Assembly (NCBI GenBank): GCA_000091205.1
Contig: AP006502.2
Source of the DNA: Cyanidioschyzon merolae
Taxonomy: Eukaryota
Reading direction: 5' to 3' (one strand)
DNA length: 64,000 nucleotides
Each line of letters begins with the position of its first letter. Within the stretch, counting starts at the first letter, position 1. A program made the position numbers and the translations under genes. Shown piece by piece: positions 38,249-49,065 of the stretch. The notes under the pieces were generated by a model. The model was not told the origin of the DNA, made no database searches, and worked only from the letters and a program-made list of their open reading frames with translations.

Positions 38249-40348
38249 CTAACGGTCAGCAAGGCCTAGCCTGTCTGCTTTGGAAAGAAAGCACCACGGA
38301 CGCACCGAAGGTGGCTTTTCTAGGGCGTCACCGGGGTATGCGTCCTGGTGAACAACCCCATCTTTCGGTGCAGGCCAGGCTTCGAGATGCTGCCAAGCGC
38401 TGCCCAGCCGGGAGGCAAGCGCTGCTGGCATCTCGCTCAGGCGGCCGTCACGAGCCTGGAAAAGGCGCGCAGACAGCGCGCCTCGCGGCATCAGGGTTCG
38501 TTTGTCGGTCTCAGCGTGTAATGTAGCCGCTGCTGCCCCGGTCTGGGATAGAAACGCCTCCCAGTGAAGCATCGCGAATGGCGAAAGCGGCCCTTTGAAT
38601 TCGAGCGTGACCGAGTAAGACGGAGTGCAGTCTCGCGGTCCAGTCGAGGAACACGGATGTGATACTTCATCGCCGGCCAGTAACACGTCATCATCGCCGA
38701 TGAATGTATAGTCGGTCAGTACGAGACTTGCACCCATGAACGGAACGTCACTCGAGGCCAGCAAAAGCGGCACATCCGTATTTGAAAACAACCAAGGCCC
38801 AAAATGCAGAAGGAGCTCAAAGAGACCCTGAACGTTTCCGGCGCCACGAACGACAACTGGACAAGAGCGTGACCTGGCAGCGTCAACTGGCTGCGACATC
38901 CAGTCCTTCTCAAATGTCGCATCCGCGCGCATAAAGTGCGGTGAAACTGCAGGTCGCACACTGCGCTGATCTCCTAGCACATCATACTGTACTGCAAAGA
39001 TAGAGTCGAGTAGGTTGCGAACCCGCTCTGTCGTATGGGACATAAAACCAAACGGCAGCGCGAGATTTCGCTGTTTCTCTTCTTTCATCGACTGGGTGTT
39101 CGCATTGGCGCCCATCGACGAGGGTGCCTTTTTCTGATCGCCGCCGCAGTTGCCCTGACGTGGAGCCGTCTCCAGTCCCGATATCCAGCCAAAGGTCGCC
39201 CAGTAATGATCACCAACCACATGGAAACCCGTGGATCGAGCCAAGGTCTCGGGCGGAGTGCATTGCGCAGCTCTTCGATACACACGGTACAGGGGCAGAA
39301 ACGCTTGGCGCCAACGCGAGATGCGTTGTTGCCACCACTGCAAGGCAGGAAGCTCGCAATTCGTCGATAAATGCATATTCCAGCCTGCCAAGTCCTCCAA
39401 CAACAATGGAAGCGTCTGAGGCTGTGGCGACAAGCCTGCCGAGAGTCTGCGATCCGCAGCAGCACCAGCCTGTGAAGCTCGAGCGCCATCACTTTTATTC
39501 GGCAGTTGCGTACCACGTTGCGGCCGTCGCACGCCTGGATGCCAGAGTTGCTGGAAGTCAAACTCCTCCTCATGCAACGCACGGTGGGCTAGGCTCAGGC
39601 GCCGCACCCAGGACCAGGCGCGCTTCTGTTCTGGGCCAGCCGCCGCAGCGGGAAAGCAGTAACACGACATGGCCCTCACAGCTGGCCCAACAGGGTCGAG
39701 GTTGTACCCTCGCGCTTGTCTGCTTTCAGCGATCGATGCGACGGCGTGCAAACGACGCATAGAGCGTACGCACTCGAGCGCACGCTTTCGGTCAACGAAC
39801 CGCAGGGTCATTCGTATGCAGCGCCGAAGCACCAGATCGCCTGGTATATGGGTACAGGGTGCTGGTCCTCGGTTGGGGAGACCCTCCTCGCGTTCGTCCG
39901 GGGGAAACTCGGGTGGCGTTTCCGGTTGCCTACTCGGTGATGCCTCGAGAAGGCTTGCGTCTATCCGCGCAAGCGACTCCTCAAGAACGCTAGAGTGATT
40001 CGTGTAAACTAAAGAGCTACGTTCTTCCCATCCTGTGGACGTTCCTTGCCAACAATCTTCGACATCCAAGCTGCTCGCTGGTTTTTGTAGTTCGTTCGCT
40101 GACCAGACCGGCTCGTTCGAGTCTCGACCACTGTCTGTGGCGCGTCTAGCTTCCCGTCGGCGCTTGTACTCTAGCGCCGTCAGCGTTTCGATTTCTTCAG
40201 CTTCTAAGTCAGCTTTCATAAGCTCATCATCATTACGAAGAGGTGAAGCCCTCGAATCCGTCAACGTCCCCGAAGAGGCGCTCCTGGAAGGACACTGTCG
40301 TTTTTGGTATCTCGCCTGGAATGAGTGCCGGCGCTGGCCAGTATGCAT
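38249..40348 (-). CDS. Hypothetical protein (699 aa) with no recognisable domain
   Basis: Uninterrupted ORF with ATG confirmed at 40346-40348 on the minus strand. Composition is less low-complexity than the 10696 ORF, with blocks such as LLLHFGPWLFSNTDVPLLLASSDVPFMGASLVLTDYTFIGDDDVLLAGDEV. No family was assigned. Confidence 0.4.
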   Translation of the reverse strand: MHTGQRRHSFQARYQKRQCPSRSASSGTLTDSRASPLRNDDELMKADLEAEEIETLTALEYKRRREARRATDSGRDSNEPVWSANELQKPASSLDVEDCWQGTSTGWEERSSLVYTNHSSVLEESLARIDASLLEASPSRQPETPPEFPPDEREEGLPNRGPAPCTHIPGDLVLRRCIRMTLRFVDRKRALECVRSMRRLHAVASIAESRQARGYNLDPVGPAVRAMSCYCFPAAAAGPEQKRAWSWVRRLSLAHRALHEEEFDFQQLWHPGVRRPQRGTQLPNKSDGARASQAGAAADRRLSAGLSPQPQTLPLLLEDLAGWNMHLSTNCELPALQWWQQRISRWRQAFLPLYRVYRRAAQCTPPETLARSTGFHVVGDHYWATFGWISGLETAPRQGNCGGDQKKAPSSMGANANTQSMKEEKQRNLALPFGFMSHTTERVRNLLDSIFAVQYDVLGDQRSVRPAVSPHFMRADATFEKDWMSQPVDAARSRSCPVVVRGAGNVQGLFELLLHFGPWLFSNTDVPLLLASSDVPFMGASLVLTDYTFIGDDDVLLAGDEVSHPCSSTGPRDCTPSYSVTLEFKGPLSPFAMLHWEAFLSQTGAAAATLHAETDKRTLMPRGALSARLFQARDGRLSEMPAALASRLGSAWQHLEAWPAPKDGVVHQDAYPGDALEKPPSVRPWCFLSKADRLGLADR

Positions 40349-43300
40349 CGGGCGTGTAGCGCGGCGGGAAATGCACGATGACTCGAGGGCAACGGAGCTT
40401 TCTCGGGTTGTCTCAGTATTGGAGTTGGTTGCTCAAGACAGGTTCAGAGACGAGAGGATGTATTTTGGACGGGGGCCGCGTTCCCCTCGAGAGGCTGGAA
40501 ATCCAAGACGAAGCGCAACCCTCGGCAGCGAGTGTGCGCGCTCGCAAGCTCTCGCGGCAAGCGGTCGTCCGCAATGCACTACGGATGTCCTCGATCCTCG
40601 CTTTGTACCTTCAAGTCGTTGCCAGTAGCACGAACGCAACTGCTGCGCTCTCCTTGCCACGAGGCTGGATATCGTGGAACATTGTCGGCGACAGAAAGTC
40701 CAATCCAGTGCATCCTTTGATAGAGTGACATCGGACTCGGTAGTCTGCGAGGTGTATTCGTTTTCGATGCCATGCACCCGCTGCAACTCGACATCGATGC
40801 CCACAGTATTTCGCGATGCCCCCTGGTCTACCGCGCTGGCTCAGGTGCTGATCGTCACTGGCGCTCATCGATTGCGATTGCTCAAATCATCGGTCTAGGT
40901 ATGCGCATCCATTGCATGCGACACAGGTTCTTCTAAACTCATTGAACAGCAGCTTGTCGCCACGGCAGCGGCACGTGGCAGAGCGCAATCGAGCAGATGC
41001 ATCGGAATATGGCGCGAACGGTTTGGACGAGGCGCTGCACCCTGCAGATGCAGTTACACCCAGAGCGGAGAATTCAGGATCTCCGGTACCTGCACACCAT
41101 TTTTGGGTTTGTCTATCCAGGTAGCAGGTATTCAACAGAGGGAGTGTATCGTGGATGTTGGAAAAAAGTCGCCGAAAGACTTTGTGAAATCACGGCTGGC
41201 GTGGAAGAAACTTGCATGTGTATGTCAGTGACTCTATGGACGGACAGCAGACGGATGAACCGCCCTTCCTGTCGTCCTTGTCCAGAATGTCGCGAGCCGA
41301 AACGGCACCGCTCAAACTAAACCTAAAAGACTGTCTCGTTAACAATACGTTTCACTCTGTTTGGTTTTTGCGAGATACCACCAAAGAAACCCGCGGGTTC
41401 GAAATATTCCTACTTTTGGTACGAACGGTGAAGTAGAGACACGAATGGACTGAGAAAAAAGCACGCTTCTCTGGGAGACAGTCACGCGTTGAACAACACG
41501 GTATTGATTTCGAACGCGAACGTTCATACCAGGAGGGCACGAGTTCTACGCTCCCGCGATGAGACTCCTTTCGGGAAGAATCGTTGACCTGTGTATGCGT
41601 ACGCATACAGGCGCCATCCGATATTCGTATCGGGGAGACAGACGAGCGGAACGACATTACTCGCCCGGGCGTCGATTCAGGTATGCAGTCGCCTACGAAG
41701 AGCTAAACGGACGGATTCGTTCAACAAATAGCCTTTCGTCGAAGCGCTCGTCACGACTTCTCCTTCATATAAATATAGATGCTTCTGTCCTGGTCGGAGA
41801 CACGGTCGCTCTCCATGACTCCAAAACGGCCAGTGTGCATACGTCTGAGAATGGCGCTGAGCAGCACTTGGTGCGAGCCTATTCTCATTCGTTTCATCGA
41901 GCCGAAGGTGGGTACTCTGTTTTCAAAACACCGTTTCTAGGCGCGCCATTTCACAGACGAGTCGTTCGCATCCATGCCACTGAGGCTCTTCGAAAACTCT
42001 TTCTCTGCATTCATGAAGCCCGACCTGCCGTAGTGCTTCTCCGCGACTGCATGGGAGCAGCCGCCCAGCAGCGCATTGACCCGTGGCCGTGCTCGCGACA
42101 GCTGGGGTACTAAAAATGGGCACGAGCACCAGTGGACACATACATACGTAGCAAAAAGCGAGCTTCAATTCAATTGTCCATCGAGTTCGTTTCAGTTCCA
42201 GGGCAAACAAGCGGATACAGTGTATGGCACGCGCATCTCTGCTACCCCGCCAAGTAAAGCAGAACGAGGAGACTCCACTGAACAAAATAGAAGGATCTTT
42301 TCGAAAAGAGGACGAGGCTGGACGCGAAGGAAGCACTGCCGAGGCCAAAACATCAGTCCGAAACCGTTGCCAACGCCTCCATATCCAAGCACATCAACGA
42401 GAAGCATCTTCCAAAGCGTAGGTAACAGACCGCTATCAGGGATCGCGTCGCTTCGTACTCCATGCAGGCTCGTCTAGCTTCTCTCGCCCTGAAGTGCGTC
42501 GTCAAGCAACTGCTAGCATGCCTCTCGGAGACTGGGCAGCAACCTGTACCCATTGCGCTGGCGCTTTCGATCCGACCTCCGTAGTGCAACTGATGTGCGG
42601 AACAGAAGATGCTGAACGATCTGATATCTCAGGGGCTCGTTTTCATCGCGAGTCGGACATGGTGGACGCCACGAAGTATACCAACAAGTTGAATGATGAT
42701 GGCGTCAGGACTCATCTCCAAGCCCTGACCACCGTTTCGAGCAGGGTGGAATGCGCTGGCCATTTGCTCCCGAGCGCACACGAGCGTCCAAAACATACCG
42801 TGCTGCGGAAGCGTCCATCGACTTTGTGTGGAGCGAACTTTCGAGGTTACTTTCTGGTAATAATTCTGGCTATCGTGCTGAAATACTGCGAGCTCTTTAA
42901 TGAAAGAAACCGGTAACCTGCAGGAAGGGGCATTGGATTCCCACCCAGAGCCAGGCAATGGCGTGCCGTATACGTACACCGGAAAGCATTTTCCGGTGCG
43001 GTCGGTAAGCCATAAACCTGATCCATGACTCGACATTCCCGGAGTATACGACTTTGCAGTCCGGATGCAGACGACCGTCAACTCGATCTCCTGCGAGCGG
43101 CTGGGGGCGTCCGCCGATATCTCCAGGGTGCGCTCCGTCCGACACGCCGAGATATGCCCCAGGTTCAGGGCAGCCTGTGCGGGAACTCGCTCAGGACGTG
43201 TATGCTGTACGCTTCTCGTAACGCTGGTTACGACGCAGTTGCCTGAGCAACAGGTATTGACGTAGTTGACCCTAGGTGTCTTGTCTGGTGCACTCGAGCA

Positions 43301-43513
43301 GGTCTCTGTCGACCTGGGGCAAGCTTGTGCTCGTTGTTCGTCGAGCGCCTTCGGGGCCCTAACGAGCTCTTGACGGGCGACGCTCGGTGTGCTTCATCTG
43401 CCTTTCTGGACGCACGCACTGGAGCAGCGGTCCAGAGGAGTGGATACTAGACGGCGTTTCAAAGCAGAGTTCTTCCATGCTGTCACAGCCCGTTTTTTTG
43501 TGAGGTATTCCTC

Positions 43514-45295
43514 ATGTTGGGCCTGTTCAGGAGCACATCGCTGGGTACGGGCCCTTCGCGGCCTCGCAGGAATCCGTGCACGCTATCTCCTCTCTGGCAG
43601 CGGCGTTGCAGCTCGGAAGCTGAGGCGCTACGCTACGACCTGCTCGTTGTAGGCGCCGGTCCAGCAGGCCTGTCGGCAGCAATCCGGGCGAAGCAGTGCC
43701 TCCCAGAGGCACGCGTGGCTATTCTCGAAAAAGGCTCCGAAGTCGGCGCGCATATCCTTTCTGGCAACTGCTTCGAGCCGCGAGCACTCGATGAGCTGCT
43801 GCCAAACTGGCGACAAGACCCAAAATTTCCAGCTCATGAGCCAGTCACTCACGACCAGTTTGCACTGTTCCTGAGCCACCGACGTCAGCTACCGCTCCCT
43901 GTGCCCCATTTGATGCGAAACGATGCGAATTACATCGTCAGCCTCTGCCAGGTCACTCGGTGGCTTGCCAAACAGGCGGAGGCACTCGCAGTGGACATTT
44001 ATCCCGGATTCGCTGGTGCCCGGTTGCTGGTCGACGAGAATCCAACCCGAGTTTACGGAGTCGCAACCAATGCTTTCGGAATAGGTCGCGATGGTCGCCC
44101 AAAACCCAATTATGCACCGCCGGTGTCGATCCACGCAACGTATACGCTGCTCGCGGAGGGTTGTCGAGGATCCCTGACACGTCAGGCGATCGAGCGCTTC
44201 CGCTTGGCCGATGCATCGGAACCGCAGTCTTATGGCCTCGGTGTGAAAGAGCTCTGGCGGGTCCCTGCTTCCGTTCATCAGCCGGGCTCTGTTCTCCACA
44301 CTGTGGGTTGGCCTCTGGACATGCGCACATACGGCGGCTCCTTCATGTATCATTTCCGTGATCGTATCTCAGGTAGCATGGAAAACCTGGTCGCCGTGGG
44401 CCTTGTGGTCGGCCTCGATTACGAGAACCCGCTTCTATCACCGTACGGGTTGTTGCAGAAGTGGAAAACGCACGATCAGATACGCAGGGTGCTTGCGCAG
44501 GGCGAGCTTCTCGAATACGGTGCACGATGCCTGAACGAGGGAGGTTACCAGAGCATCCCGCAAGTTGCATTCCCTGGTGGGGCGCTGATCGGGTGCAGCG
44601 CAGGCTTTTTGAATGTACCAAAACTGAAAGGAACGCATACCGCCATGAAGAGCGGCATGCTTGCTGCCGAGTGCTGTTGCGAGGAGCTCAGAAAACCGGA
44701 ACCTAGTCCAGAGCCCTCACAGTACGCTGAGACGTTACGCCGCAGCTGGATCATCGAAGAGCTGTACGCGGTACGCAACATACGCCCAGGGTTTCGCTGG
44801 GGCCTCCTACCTGGCCTGCTCCACGCTGCAGTGGACACCTATCTGTGGCGAGGTCGTGCGCCCTACACCTGGAAACTCGGCAGGGCTGATCACACCGCAA
44901 CCAGACTGGCTGATCGGTACCGTCGACCGAGCTACCCAGCACCAGACCAGCGGCTGGTGTTTGATATTCTCACAAATCTGGCTCGCAGTGGTACGAATCA
45001 TGAACATGATCAGCCTTGCCATTTGAAGTTGAAAGATCCTACCATCCCAGAGCGGGTGAATTTGCCCCTCTACGGTGGACCAGAACAATTCTACTGCCCA
45101 GCCAAGGTCTACGAGTACACCCCAGCGCCACCGGACCCAGCTTCAAAGACGACGACGACGACGACGACAATCCGGTTGCAAATCAATGCGCAGAACTGCC
45201 TCCATTGCAAGGCCTGCGACATCAAGGACCCGACCCAGAATATCGTGTGGACGCCCCCCGAGGGCGGTGGTGGCCCCAGGTACTCGCGCATGTGA
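43514..45295 (+). CDS. ETFDH: Electron-transfer flavoprotein:ubiquinone oxidoreductase (ETF-QO / ETFDH) with an N-terminal presequence
   Basis: FAD-binding YDLLVVGAGPAGLSAAIRAK. Long colinear match to ETF-QO (GSFMYHF, GGALIGCSAGFLNVPKLKGTH). C-terminal 4Fe-4S ferredoxin-like motif CLHCKACDIKDPTQNIVWTPPEGGGGPRY. ATG at 43514. Basic/Ser-rich N-terminus MLGLFRSTSLGTGPSRPRRNP. There is a poly-Thr insertion (T7) from (GAC)7 at 45148-45169. Confidence 0.9.
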   Translation: MLGLFRSTSLGTGPSRPRRNPCTLSPLWQRRCSSEAEALRYDLLVVGAGPAGLSAAIRAKQCLPEARVAILEKGSEVGAHILSGNCFEPRALDELLPNWRQDPKFPAHEPVTHDQFALFLSHRRQLPLPVPHLMRNDANYIVSLCQVTRWLAKQAEALAVDIYPGFAGARLLVDENPTRVYGVATNAFGIGRDGRPKPNYAPPVSIHATYTLLAEGCRGSLTRQAIERFRLADASEPQSYGLGVKELWRVPASVHQPGSVLHTVGWPLDMRTYGGSFMYHFRDRISGSMENLVAVGLVVGLDYENPLLSPYGLLQKWKTHDQIRRVLAQGELLEYGARCLNEGGYQSIPQVAFPGGALIGCSAGFLNVPKLKGTHTAMKSGMLAAECCCEELRKPEPSPEPSQYAETLRRSWIIEELYAVRNIRPGFRWGLLPGLLHAAVDTYLWRGRAPYTWKLGRADHTATRLADRYRRPSYPAPDQRLVFDILTNLARSGTNHEHDQPCHLKLKDPTIPERVNLPLYGGPEQFYCPAKVYEYTPAPPDPASKTTTTTTTIRLQINAQNCLHCKACDIKDPTQNIVWTPPEGGGGPRYSRM

Positions 45296-46112
45296 CCCTA
45301 AAGACGCAGCGAGTTGGACTTGACGAGCGCATGCCGCTGATAGACGACGCATTGTGTGCATCTATCTTTGTGTGCATTTATATGCGTTTATGTGCATTCG
45401 CAGTCTCCTGGTGAGAACGCAGCACACGCCCACGGAACGACGTTGAGTAGCGATGCTGCCGCAGATCACCCCTAGGGAGAACCTGCTCCGAATGAACTGG
45501 GTTGCGCCTGGAATCACGTCTCGATTCAAGTGGCGTTTCACGACTCTCGCTTCTTTGACGGCGACTGAGCACCCTGTGAAATGTACAGCGTGTGTGTTCA
45601 GCTGGACATGGAGTCATATTTCGTAGCCCGTCTCGAGGTCACCAGTTCTATCAGAACGACATGGATGTGCATTGGCAGGTCTCGTTCCACGTTGCGAATC
45701 CCTTTGCCCTGCAATTCTTGGATCGGGTCTATATGGTGTGCACGCGATACCGCGGCACCGAATCGAAACACTGAGCATGGACTCTGGCGGAGATCCAAAG
45801 CGCTCCAGAGAGGTCGATTCTCTGGAAGCAGCCATCCCAGGGATTCTCGCAGGCTCAAGCGCGATCGAGTCCCTCGCTGTCGGTATCAGCCAAGTTTTCC
45901 GGTTACTGGAAAGCGCATTTCGCATCCCGGGGGTACCAGAATCCGAAATCACGCCCATATCGATACGTCGAGGCCACAACGTCCGCTTCAATAGACGCTA
46001 TGGTGTACCGAGAACGCAAACGTGCCAAAATCGGGTGCATCCTACGGGGTCTTGGACCGCTCGCTTTATGAGCGAGCAAGGAAGGAAGGAAGCTGTTTTG
46101 CATCCATGGTGC

Positions 46113-48062
46113 TTACAGCGCACGGCTGAGCGCGTAGCGTTCCCGAAACGACCCCGGTGTGTGCATCAGGTCTCCGGCTACGTAAAACGTAGTACCCTTG
46201 GGTATGCTTTGGAAATCCCGCCTACTGCCGATACGTGCTGTGGTGTCACCCTGAAACGCCGCGGTCATGCGCGTCTCCTCGGCAGTGATGCCGCCTATGA
46301 CGTAGACGATCACCACCGAAAATGGAGAGCCGTCCGCAGACGCACTTGGCAGCAGCTCCTCGAAAGTGTCCGTGGGCAAGCGCCCACGTGCAGCGTCCTC
46401 CATGACTTGTGCGAGAAGTGGTTCATGCTGGATATACTGGTTATCCACGCTGGCGCTAAATCCACGTCTCAGCGTATTTTTGGCGCGCGCGAATAGGTCA
46501 CGGTTACCGAACAAGTCCAGAGAACGGTGTTTGGAGCCACAGGTCTGCAAGAGCATGTCCAACGCGGCTAGCTCCGAACTAGGCATCTGCAACTGCTCGT
46601 GCAGTAGTCGTTTGACCTGCTGCAACAGTTCCGGTCGCGTACTCTCGTACCGGAGCGCAAGCAGAGCAGCCAGTCTCCAGGCGTCTGCGAGTCGCGCCGA
46701 GCGCATCCCCAAAGTGGATGCCTTCCCGTCTGCGACGAGCCGCACCCAGTCCCGAAAGCGTCGCAGATGCTCCTGTTCAGCATCCCGAGAAACCACATCC
46801 TGCTCAATTTGCGACATCTGCAAAAGCGCTCGCTCCTTCACTTGCTGGCTCAGCGCGCTAATCAGTGCGACGTGTTTGCTTGCCAACTGCGATTGCCGAC
46901 GAAACTCAGGGAAGAATTCGAGGATCTGCGTCATGCGCTCCGTATCGGTTGCGTCGTAGTCCCCATTCGTGGCAATGTCGATGCCCGGTGCTACAGCAGT
47001 GGGATCCGCGAGCGCTGCATCCTGTCGGGCAGCGTCGGTGACATGCGCAAGAGCGGCATGGCGACGTTCTTGAAAGGAGGCCACAAGCCGATGAACGGCC
47101 TCCCCGATGTCCCCGAACGTCGCATACCGATTCGCTGCGTAGAAGTCATCGCTCTCGGGAAGTACGATGTACTCTTGTTCCTGCGGTGCTGCTGCGTGTG
47201 GCGGATCTTTTCCCTCTAAAGTGGTAGGTATTCGAACCCGACCCGCTCGGATGCCGAAGAATTGATGCAGCATGGCTTCGTACGTCCACTGCGTCAGCAG
47301 AGGAGTGACCGGATCCTCTCTCCGATCCAAGATCACGACTAGGCAGCGTTTAGAGCCTGCTCCATGAGCGCTCAACGGTGAAGTCCCTGGTGAGGGGTCA
47401 GTCGCTGGTACTTCCCAAAGTCGCGACTCCTGGTCAATACGCACTGCGAGCCGTTCTGCAAGCGCACGGCAGCTTCGGAAGGAGCGCAGGACCCGAAGAG
47501 AAGCCGGTTTCTGTTTCAAAGAGACCAGGATGCTGAATAAGGTATCCAGTTGGCGATCCAAGGTGAGCTGGTGCGGGGCAAGGCCGGCAACAGGAAGCCG
47601 CGGCTCGTTCTGAACAGGCGCGTCGCAGAGGCCGCCTCCGGTGGCAACCCACGGGCTCCAGGGAAGAAAGTCAAAGTAGATTTCCTCGACATGGACCACG
47701 CTTTCCAGAGATGCGTCCGCGTCTGCGAGATCCTCCAGCAAAGTGCGGCGAATGAGGTTCACGAGGAAGATGTGGTACGCACCAAAGTGCGGTTGCGCCA
47801 GTTCCCGCCGCAGCGCCAGCAACGTTTCCGTGGAAGGACGACCAACCACGATGCCTGTGACGTATACTTGTCGGTCGCGAGCTGGCTCCTGAACAAGGTT
47901 CTCTAGCTTCTCCACGAGCACAAAGTCTTCTCTGAGCGCCTCTGTTTGCGTCAAAAGCGTCGCGAAGGTTGGCAACGTGTCGGCGTCCAGAACGAGCGCT
48001 TTCAGGCCTTTGGGCGCCGTGATTCGAGACCTGTAGAAGCGACTTGCACTTTCGAAGTTCAT
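46113..48062 (-). CDS. Sec1/Munc18 (SM) family protein, most similar to Vps33 (HOPS/CORVET subunit)
   Basis: The SM-family fold is recognisable along the full length. The N-terminal block ...QVYVTGIVVGRPSTETLLALRRELAQPHFGAYHIFLVNLIRRTLLEDLAD...VHVEEIYFDFLPW resembles Vps33 (...FFVRPRLELMDIIAENV...[40 protein letters not shown]). The C-terminal block is FSVVIVYVIGGITAEETRMTA. The ORF-track start at 48065 is TTG. ATG is at 48060-48062 (MNFESASRF...). Confidence 0.65.
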   Translation of the reverse strand: MNFESASRFYRSRITAPKGLKALVLDADTLPTFATLLTQTEALREDFVLVEKLENLVQEPARDRQVYVTGIVVGRPSTETLLALRRELAQPHFGAYHIFLVNLIRRTLLEDLADADASLESVVHVEEIYFDFLPWSPWVATGGGLCDAPVQNEPRLPVAGLAPHQLTLDRQLDTLFSILVSLKQKPASLRVLRSFRSCRALAERLAVRIDQESRLWEVPATDPSPGTSPLSAHGAGSKRCLVVILDRREDPVTPLLTQWTYEAMLHQFFGIRAGRVRIPTTLEGKDPPHAAAPQEQEYIVLPESDDFYAANRYATFGDIGEAVHRLVASFQERRHAALAHVTDAARQDAALADPTAVAPGIDIATNGDYDATDTERMTQILEFFPEFRRQSQLASKHVALISALSQQVKERALLQMSQIEQDVVSRDAEQEHLRRFRDWVRLVADGKASTLGMRSARLADAWRLAALLALRYESTRPELLQQVKRLLHEQLQMPSSELAALDMLLQTCGSKHRSLDLFGNRDLFARAKNTLRRGFSASVDNQYIQHEPLLAQVMEDAARGRLPTDTFEELLPSASADGSPFSVVIVYVIGGITAEETRMTAAFQGDTTARIGSRRDFQSIPKGTTFYVAGDLMHTPGSFRERYALSRAL

Positions 48063-48909
48063 CAAGAAACGTCCAGCTCAGGATACCAGACTCAGCGCTG
48101 GAACGAGCGTGCCATGCGTTGGTAACGACAGCATCTGCAGCGGTTACGCTGACGCGCCCACCACGGCTGGTCATTCACTAGTTCGTTCGCTTCGACGCAA
48201 AGCGCTGATACGGTGATGACCGCAAATGACATGGGACACGTCCATATGGCTATATCGAGCGTATCCGCTAACGTTCGGGTCAGTTTCCTCGTATGATGAG
48301 CACCAGACGTTGAGAGGTTTCTCTCTGGCTGCTCCATTGTCTTTTGCCTCCTGTATCCGGCTTTCAATCCGACTGTCTCTCCTGCGCCTCCATTTTCGGT
48401 GTCATCCGTCAAAGGTTGTCGATGGTGGTGTTCAAGTCCTGATTCCGCAGCTTTAGGCTCCTGTCAAGGCATTTGATGCACAGGCGCAAGTTGCGATCGT
48501 TGCTTCACTTCCCGTGCTCATCTTGTTTATACGCAGCGTCGGTGCGCTTTTCGCACCGCTTTCATGATTATTCTCAGGCGCCCTGCATGTATCCAGAACT
48601 TTAACTCATCAGGGATGCTGCGCTGTGGAGCGTGAACACAAGCCGCTTCGCTCAGTGCATGCCCTTGACGGGAGCGGATGATACCGTGGAATTCCTTTGC
48701 TCGGTTTCAGCGCCTGGAGCCTTCGACTTCCAAAACGCACCTGTTCTGAACGCTTTCCTGAACGAGTACTGAATCCGCTGGACAAGCAAGTCCAAGATGT
48801 TCCATTCGATCGTGGATTTCCGGAGCGCAATGCTTCCCAGGATGACTCAGGAGCCAGAGAGACCGTTGAGGCTGCAATACATGTCGAGAAACGCCGACCC
48901 GTCTAGGCT

Positions 48910-49065
48910 CCCTTCATGCACAGCGGTGACGCATGCCGCAGTCGAAGCTATCGCTGTGATAACGCAAGCCCGATTCCAAGACCCTTTCTCCCGTGCAATC
49001 AGAAGAGACGGGTCCCTTTGGTACCATATCGAATGAGAGGTACCATGCCGATTTGGAATTCGGTT
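48910..49065 (+). repeat. Copy C of the dispersed ~170-bp repeat family, inside a 2.6-kb gene-free AT-rich island downstream of the SM-protein gene
   Basis: See copy A. Sequence: cttcatgcacagcggtgacgcatgccgcagtcgaagctatcgctgtgataacgcaagcccgattccaagaccctttctcccgtgcaatcagaagagacgggtccctttggtaccatatcgaatgagaggtaccatgccg. It carries indels relative to A and B (a frameshift in the conceptual translation). Confidence 0.75.

Noticed and set aside
39124-40628. Plus-strand ORFs 39124..39762 and 40035..40628 overlapping the 699-aa minus-strand gene
   Set aside because: Antisense or shadow frames. The 40035 ORF overlaps the gene's 5' end. No motifs.
41380-41420. GGGTTCGAAAT resembling a tRNA T-loop (GGTTCGAATCC)
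   Set aside because: The surrounding sequence cannot be folded into acceptor or D arms, and there is no matching 5' half. I could not identify any tRNA in the window by eye, though a proper tRNAscan-SE run is the decisive test.
41000-43500. 2.5-kb region with only short motif-free ORFs (41559..42113, 41923..42348, 42494..42916, 42629..43081)
   Set aside because: No homology, inconsistent frames and lower GC. Treated as intergenic, though an unrecognised ncRNA or intron-containing gene cannot be excluded without expression data.
48536-48562. Perfect hairpin GGTGCG-cttt-tCGCACC in the intergenic region upstream of the SM-protein gene
   Set aside because: An isolated 6-7-bp stem. Such hairpins are expected by chance in 64 kb and eukaryotic nuclear genes do not use intrinsic terminators.
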